Positions 58,201-64,000 of a stretch of DNA of 64,000 bases are shown here, in pieces; positions within the stretch are counted from its first letter, which is position 1, and every line of letters begins with the position of its first letter. The position numbers were made by a program, and so were the translations under genes. Under the pieces are notes generated by a model. That model worked only from the letters and a program-made list of their open reading frames with translations, was not told the origin of the DNA and did no database searches. This stretch comes from Fibrobacteria bacterium (GTDB lineage: Bacteria; Fibrobacterota; Chitinivibrionia; Chitinivibrionales; FEN-1185), in assembly GCA_037447435.1 (NCBI GenBank), contig JBBIGR010000001.1:1-64000 (forward strand). The letters are read 5' to 3'.

Positions 58201-58242
58201 TTCAAATTAAAGAGTGAAGATTAAAAATTGAAAATTCAAACA
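58201..58242. repeat. Degenerate heptamer repeats related to those at 56912
   Basis: TAAAGAG TGAAGAT TAAAAAT TGAAAAT; 23-nt stretch with one mismatch to 56912-56934. Confidence 0.65.
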
Positions 58243-58266
58243 TTGGAAAAAAATGTTTAAAAATCC

Positions 58267-59625
58267 TTATTTCGTTTTGGCCCATTTTTCTATATACGAA
58301 AGAATCTTGCTCGCGCTTGCAGGCAATTTTACGGGCTTATTGCTCAGCCCCTTTGTTTTGATTTTCTGCGTCCCGCTGACCGATGATTTTCTATCCGCGT
58401 CAAGGTACAGCTCGTCCTGATGGAATTCCACGGTATAATCGGGATCTTTGAGCAAATGACCGGTAAGAATACAGACCGCGGTTTCGGATTTTTTTATAAC
58501 GCCTTTGGCAACAAGCTTTTTGCATCCCGCAACCGTCGTGGCAGAGGCAGGCTCGCTGCCGACACCGTCCCGACCCACCATGGATTTTGCCGCCGCTATC
58601 TCGTCTTCCGTTACCTGTTCGACAATACCGTGTGTGGATTGTACTGCATACCAGGCCTTGTCAAATGATACCGGATTGCCTATTTTAATGGCCGTTGCCC
58701 GGGTATGAGCGTGGACCGGCGTTAAAACCGGATCGTTTGCGGCATAGCTCTTATACAACGGATTAGCTCCATCCGCCTGAATTATCGCGATTTTGGGGAT
58801 TTTTTTAATGAATCCCGCTTGTTTCAACTCGTAAAATGCCTTGCCGAATGAACTAGAGTTTCCAAGGTTGCCGCCCGGAACCACGACCCAGTCGGGAGAT
58901 TGCCATCCCAGCTGATGAAGCATTTCGATCATAATTGTTTTCTGACCTTCGATGCGGTACGGATTAATCGAATTCAGCAGATAAATCGAGCCTTTATTGC
59001 AAATAGTTTCAACAATATCCATTGCTTTATCGAAATCACCGTCGATTTGAATCGTCAATGCGCCGTAATCAAGGGATTGAGACAGCTTTCCGTATGCGAT
59101 TTGACCGTCGGGAATAAATACAATGCTTTGCATTCCCGCCCGGGCGGCGTATGCGGCCATAGACGCCGAGGTGTTTCCCGTAGAAGCGCAGGCAACCATT
59201 CTTGCACCCAATTTTTTGGCCATGGTCACCGCGGTAGTCATGCCGTTATCTTTGAATGAACCGGTAGGATTTAACCCCTGATGTTTTGCAAAAAGGTTAT
59301 TCATGCCGCAAAAGTGTGCGCATTTCGGCATTGAAAAAATAGTCGTATTACCTTCCGACATTGTAACCACCGTATCAAACGGTTTAAACGCGGGCAAAAA
59401 TTCCCTATAGCGCCAAACGCCGCTTTTATTTATCGGATCGAACGAGGTAAGACGTTTGTCGAATAAATCGCGCATAGCTTTTACCTGTTTTGCAGACATC
59501 GGCTCGATATTATTGACGACTTCAAGCGTTCGACCGTCGTTACTTCTATATCGAATTTCATGAATGGGATATTTTGTCTGTTTTGCTTCCGCTTCGCCAA
59601 AGGCCTGTAAAAACGGCTTTTTCAT
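58267..59625 (-). CDS. thrC: Threonine synthase
   Basis: NPTGSFKD, CASTGNTSAS, NSINPYRIEGQKT, PGGNLGN, EPASA. Confidence 0.93.
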   Translation of the reverse strand: MKKPFLQAFGEAEAKQTKYPIHEIRYRSNDGRTLEVVNNIEPMSAKQVKAMRDLFDKRLTSFDPINKSGVWRYREFLPAFKPFDTVVTMSEGNTTIFSMPKCAHFCGMNNLFAKHQGLNPTGSFKDNGMTTAVTMAKKLGARMVACASTGNTSASMAAYAARAGMQSIVFIPDGQIAYGKLSQSLDYGALTIQIDGDFDKAMDIVETICNKGSIYLLNSINPYRIEGQKTIMIEMLHQLGWQSPDWVVVPGGNLGNSSSFGKAFYELKQAGFIKKIPKIAIIQADGANPLYKSYAANDPVLTPVHAHTRATAIKIGNPVSFDKAWYAVQSTHGIVEQVTEDEIAAAKSMVGRDGVGSEPASATTVAGCKKLVAKGVIKKSETAVCILTGHLLKDPDYTVEFHQDELYLDADRKSSVSGTQKIKTKGLSNKPVKLPASASKILSYIEKWAKTK

Positions 59626-59726
59626 GATGATAGTTCCTTAATTTTCAACGATTGCAGGACTTGCTAAGTATCTCTATGCCCCGCATTTTTTATGATTTTT
59701 GTTACTCTTAACTTTGATGACACTTT

Positions 59727-61046
59727 TTATTTCGTCCCGACGCTCTCTCCGGCAATCCGTATCACTCTTGTTGATTTCTTGACATAATCCATTTTTTCTA
59801 TGGCGGAAAGTGCCTCACGCATATTTTTTTCAAGCACTTTGTGGGTAAGTATAATTACCGGAACACAACTTTCTTCACGCGACTCTTTTTGCAAGACAGA
59901 GGCTATGGATATCGAGTATTCTCCCAAAAAAGTTGCAATTGACGCTAAAACATTCGGTCTGTCTGCAACCCAAAAGCATAAATAATACCTTGTTTCAATT
60001 TCACTAATTGGCTTGATAGAGAGTTCATTGTCATGGCGATAATAACGCATTGTAATTCGTCGTGGCGCGCCTGACGCGATATTTAACGCCACATCAACGA
60101 TATCGGACAGTATTGAAGAAGCCGTCGGCAGTTCACCCGCCCCCTTACCGGACAAGAGAATCGGCCCTACGGCATTACCCTCAAGCAATACTGCATTGAA
60201 AACATCCGATACAGAAGCAAGGATATGGTTATTGTGTAACATCGTTGGATGAACTCGAACATCAATTTGATTTTCTTCCGGTGCTTTATTGATAATGCCA
60301 AGAAGTTTTATCGTATAGCCGAGTTCTGCCGCAAATTCTATGTCTTCTTTGGTAATTTCGGTAATACCTTCGATATAAATCTTATCAAAAGGAATATAGC
60401 CATTGTAAATAAGCGATGCCATGATTGCGACTTTATGCCCGCTGTCGCCGCCGCCGATATCCAAAGTCGGGTCGGTTTCGGCATAGCCGTTTTTCTGGGC
60501 ATTTTTCAGCACAATATCGAACAATTGTCCTTTTTGCGTCATTTGCGTGAGAATGTAATTGCAGGTTCCGTTGATGATCGTCTTGACAGAAGTTATTTCA
60601 TTTCCAATAAGCGCTTCGCGGATGGTTTTAATAACCGGTATGCCGCCGCCAACTGCCGCCTCGAATTGAATCGAAACACCATTTTTATCGGCAAGCTCGA
60701 AAATCGCAGGGCCTTGCTCGGCAATAAGCGCTTTGTTCGCCGTAATGACGTGCTTACCTTTAGATAATGCCGATACTATTAGGTCTTTCGCGAATGTCAT
60801 ACCGCCGACAAGTTCGATGACGACGTCGATTTCTTCGTCATTAATGATATCCTGCGCATTATCGGTACAAATGGCATTACCCACGGGCAATTCTGCAAAA
60901 CGGGAAGTCACATTGTCTGCAATCCGCTTTAACGTGATGGGAATCCCCAAATCGTTGCGAAGAAAATCCAACTCCTGCGACAAAAGTTTTACTACACCAC
61001 CGCCAACCGTGCCGACGCCCACCAATCCAATATTGATTTGCTTCAT
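59727..61046 (-). CDS. hom: Homoserine dehydrogenase with C-terminal ACT domain
   Basis: GVGTVGGG, TANKAL, EAAVGGGIP, NGTCNYIL, GKGAG, DRPNVLA. Confidence 0.93.
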   Translation of the reverse strand: MKQINIGLVGVGTVGGGVVKLLSQELDFLRNDLGIPITLKRIADNVTSRFAELPVGNAICTDNAQDIINDEEIDVVIELVGGMTFAKDLIVSALSKGKHVITANKALIAEQGPAIFELADKNGVSIQFEAAVGGGIPVIKTIREALIGNEITSVKTIINGTCNYILTQMTQKGQLFDIVLKNAQKNGYAETDPTLDIGGGDSGHKVAIMASLIYNGYIPFDKIYIEGITEITKEDIEFAAELGYTIKLLGIINKAPEENQIDVRVHPTMLHNNHILASVSDVFNAVLLEGNAVGPILLSGKGAGELPTASSILSDIVDVALNIASGAPRRITMRYYRHDNELSIKPISEIETRYYLCFWVADRPNVLASIATFLGEYSISIASVLQKESREESCVPVIILTHKVLEKNMREALSAIEKMDYVKKSTRVIRIAGESVGTK

Positions 61047-61172
61047 TACCTTTCCTTTATCTTACCCCATAAGTGAGTTTTTCGATATATGGATAATATA
61101 CATTATTGTCTATGAAAAACTTGTTTTCCTCCCATTGGAATCGACAATGCGGGAAAAGATTATTTTATTACA

Positions 61173-62660
61173 ATGAAAAAAAATGTTGTCGTTATCGGCG
61201 GAGGGCTTGGCGGATTAAGCGCAGCGGTGGCCTGCGCCCAGAACGGTCATTCGGTAACACTTCTCGAAAAACAACCGTCGCTCGGCGGTTATGGGATATC
61301 ATTTTCACGCAAAGGGTATGTGTTCGACCCTTCACTTCACGCTACTCCCTGCGGTGCAAACGGAGACCATTTCCATTTTTTAATTCAACAACTCGGCATT
61401 TCGAACGATGTTTCTTTTATAAAAATCCAAAAAGGGTTTAAAACGTTTCTTGGCGATTTTTCATTTGATTTATCCACCGATTATTCCGTTTTACTGCACG
61501 ATTTGATACGCGCTTTTCCAGCATCGGAAAAAGGCCTGCTGCAACTAGACCGTGATGTCAAACGGTTTGCTCCCTTATATCATTCGGTGATCGAAGGACT
61601 CGCGTCGCCGTTATCGATAGCGATGAATTTTGTCCCTAAAATACCTTCTTTTTTATTCCATGCCAACACGTCGACTCACGATTATTTGTCCGGATATATT
61701 TCCGACAAGACGCTGCGCGCGATTTTATTTCATCCGTCGATTTTTTTCGGCATACCGATGAAGCAATTCCCTTCCGTTAACTTTTTACTCATGTTTTATT
61801 TAATATTTATTAAGGGACTGTACACTATACGAGGGGGCGGAAACGCATTGTCGTTGGCCTTGGAATCGCGCTTAAAAAAACTCGGCGTTACCGTTTGTAC
61901 CAATACCGAGGTAACATCCATTACGCTGTCGAAAGGCCGCGCCGTCGGCGTACTAACAAATAACAACGGCTTTATCCAAGGCGACGATTTCATAGCAAAC
62001 GTCAACACACCTACCCTTGTCAAAGGTCTTATCGGCATCAAACATTTTCCCGCATCGTATGTCAAAACATTCAATTCTTTGCGCCCGTCGCTATCGTTGC
62101 TGCAATTGCATTGCGGATTGAATTGCGCCACGTCGCAATGCGGCATAACCAATCATATAACGACGGTTTTCCCCGATGCGGATGTAGACAAATACCTTGA
62201 GTCAAGAAGCAATGATTTGTTCCCCGCCGGGTATTCGATCATCGCTCCGCATATTGCGGATGTCGCTTCGTCGATGCCGAAAAAATCGGTTTTAAGCATT
62301 TTGGGCGGCGTTTCATCCAGTGTATGGCTATCGCTGCCCAAGAAAAAATACCTCGATGAAAAAAAAAGATGTCAGGACCGTTTTCTTGAGATTGTCGGCA
62401 TGCATTTCCCCGATATTACTTCACAATGCGAAGTAATCGATTGCGCCACGCCAAAAACGTTTTTACGATATACGGGAAATCCCGACGGCGCCATACTCGG
62501 TTTTGACTGTTCGCTTGGGATGCAAAGAAAAATTATGGCCATAAGCCATATGCCCATCCGAAATATTTTTCTAGCGAGTGCCTGGACCGATAAGCTCGGC
62601 GGCTATATGCAGGTTGTTAGTGCAGGAATCAGCGCTGCCAAAAAATGCGGCAAAGCCTGA
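61173..62660 (+). CDS. FAD-dependent oxidoreductase, phytoene desaturase family
   Basis: VIGGGLGGLSAA, LEK...GGY, GG..L, ATPKTF.RYTGN..GAI.G. Confidence 0.8.
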   Translation: MKKNVVVIGGGLGGLSAAVACAQNGHSVTLLEKQPSLGGYGISFSRKGYVFDPSLHATPCGANGDHFHFLIQQLGISNDVSFIKIQKGFKTFLGDFSFDLSTDYSVLLHDLIRAFPASEKGLLQLDRDVKRFAPLYHSVIEGLASPLSIAMNFVPKIPSFLFHANTSTHDYLSGYISDKTLRAILFHPSIFFGIPMKQFPSVNFLLMFYLIFIKGLYTIRGGGNALSLALESRLKKLGVTVCTNTEVTSITLSKGRAVGVLTNNNGFIQGDDFIANVNTPTLVKGLIGIKHFPASYVKTFNSLRPSLSLLQLHCGLNCATSQCGITNHITTVFPDADVDKYLESRSNDLFPAGYSIIAPHIADVASSMPKKSVLSILGGVSSSVWLSLPKKKYLDEKKRCQDRFLEIVGMHFPDITSQCEVIDCATPKTFLRYTGNPDGAILGFDCSLGMQRKIMAISHMPIRNIFLASAWTDKLGGYMQVVSAGISAAKKCGKA

Positions 62661-62690
62661 TGCGTATTACGAAAAAGCAATTTCGATGGC

Positions 62691-62960
62691 TTATTGCGCT
62701 TCGTTGAAATTTGAGGCAAATAATTTACAAAGCGCCTCAAGAGCTTTTTCCTCGTCTTTTCCGTTGGCTTTTATAAGAACCTTTGTTTCAAATGCTGCGG
62801 CAAGCATCATGACGCTCATAATGCTTTTTGCATTGGCCGAAACTCCTGTTTTTTCCAACCAAATATCGCAGTCAAACGGCGTTGCGGTTTGAACGATAAG
62901 TGATGCAGGCCGGGCATGAATGCCCAAAGCGTTCGTTACGACAATTTCTCGTTGAACCAT
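62691..62960 (-). CDS. ptsH: HPr phosphocarrier protein
   Basis: GIHARPAS and NAKSIMSVM. Confidence 0.93.
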   Translation of the reverse strand: MVQREIVVTNALGIHARPASLIVQTATPFDCDIWLEKTGVSANAKSIMSVMMLAAAFETKVLIKANGKDEEKALEALCKLFASNFNEAQ

Positions 62961-63907
62961 TACTGCGCCTTTTTCTTCTCTTTTTTAAATCCAAGCTTTA
63001 TTCGTAATTTCAACCCGTCGTCCTGGACTTCGGAAACCAGCGAATCGATACTGTTTACGGTTTTTTTCAAATCTGTAAAAAAATGATCGTCGGTCATAAG
63101 TAAACCCAGCGTGCCTTTGCCTTGCTGAATTTTCGCCACCATTTCCTGCAAGGAAGTCGTGATTGAATCTACTTTAGCAACAACAACGACCGCTTGGGAC
63201 GACAATTGCGTCCCATTGGACACGATGGTGTTCAATTGAGCCTTATTTGCATCGAGCAAATCTTTAATATCGGTAGTAACCGTTGTCACATTATTGATGC
63301 TTCTGTCGATTTTGGGCCTGTTCTCGACCACGAGCGACCGCGCCAGAACCGTCACGGTATCGAGCCTGTTCACTATGTTCCGAAACGTATGATAAAACGT
63401 CGTATCCCCGACCGTGCTGTCAACGATCATTGAAACATTCGCCAGCAATGCCCGCACGTCGTTCATGACCGTTCCGATCATGCCCATTGCTTCGGCAATA
63501 CCGCTGTCGAAACGGCCATTGATAAAAGTGATCGATCCTTTTTTGCTGCATTCGAGTCTTTTGCCGCGGTCGGACAATTGGATGCCGATCATGCGTTCGC
63601 CCATAAGCCCGATATTTTGTACCGTGACCACGGAAGAATCGGTCAGAATAACGGATTTATCGAGACGGATGACGACCCACACCGAAACGCCCTGCAACTG
63701 AATAGTTCCGACAAGTCCTTTTCGAACGCCGTTGACCATGACCGGATCACCTTCGGACAATGTTCCGATATTGGGAAATTTGACCGTATACTCAACCATA
63801 GAACGCGTGACCGAAGAGCTTTTAAGCCATAAGATACCGGCAATACAAATGAAAAGAGCAATAAGTATAAACCCGCCCACAGCAAATTCCATATTGGTCT
63901 TTTTCAC
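62960..63907 (-). CDS. mlaD: MlaD/MCE family protein
   Basis: N-terminal TM VGGFIL, GDPVMVNGV..G.V, GLMGE, helical C-terminus with GKGTLG. Confidence 0.85.
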   Translation of the reverse strand: MKKTNMEFAVGGFILIALFICIAGILWLKSSSVTRSMVEYTVKFPNIGTLSEGDPVMVNGVRKGLVGTIQLQGVSVWVVIRLDKSVILTDSSVVTVQNIGLMGERMIGIQLSDRGKRLECSKKGSITFINGRFDSGIAEAMGMIGTVMNDVRALLANVSMIVDSTVGDTTFYHTFRNIVNRLDTVTVLARSLVVENRPKIDRSINNVTTVTTDIKDLLDANKAQLNTIVSNGTQLSSQAVVVVAKVDSITTSLQEMVAKIQQGKGTLGLLMTDDHFFTDLKKTVNSIDSLVSEVQDDGLKLRIKLGFKKEKKKAQ

Positions 63908-64000
63908 GCCGATATCCTTTCAGAACCTAATCCGTTGCTTCCCTCTTCGCTACTGCTTCGGAGGACATGCCGCAACTGGATAGTTGCAGCTGTGATTTTA

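Noticed and set aside
61173..62660. Carotenoid biosynthesis cluster
   Set aside because: A single desaturase-family oxidoreductase with no crtB, crtE or crtY neighbours; substrate cannot be assigned.
1..64000. CRISPR array, rRNA, tRNA, transposase or integrase
   Set aside because: No regularly spaced repeats, cloverleaf or rRNA-like stretches, or recombinase motifs seen by eye; intergenic gaps are short.

Overview
A 64 kb bacterial chromosomal window read in the standard code (TGA is used as a stop); the lineage may be Fibrobacterota-like, but that is inference only. Most genes are housekeeping or envelope: comM/yifB, two tandem kup, coaE, nifS-nadA, thiE, argJ, glgC, a sigma70-family factor, trpS, hom-thrC-apgM, ptsH and mlaD. 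Accessory features: (i) a four-gene type VI secretion tail module, tssA-tssB-tssC-hcp, with no baseplate, membrane-complex, vgrG or clpV genes in the window. tssA and hcp are each preceded by the same promoter architecture, a perfect TGTGA-N6-TCACA (CRP/FNR-family) box followed 21 nt later by TATATT, and tssA appears to start at ATT. (ii) A HAMP histidine kinase and sigma54 activator sandwiched between two paralogous small secreted Ala/Lys-rich proteins, with a perfect 19-bp inverted repeat and a -24/-12 promoter ahead of the second paralogue. (iii) A methyltransferase with an in-frame TGA at the last Cys of its zinc-ribbon motif. (iv) A nikMNQO-type ECF transporter separated from nikR by about 12 kb of mostly AT-rich, mixed-orientation polysaccharide genes. 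(v) A vapBC-like toxin-antitoxin pair next to a phospholipase D remnant. (vi) A FlgM-like ORF with a sigma28-like promoter, divergent from a degenerate HD-GYP gene. I saw no rRNA, tRNA, CRISPR array, transposase or integrase. All family assignments are by motif recognition, not database search.
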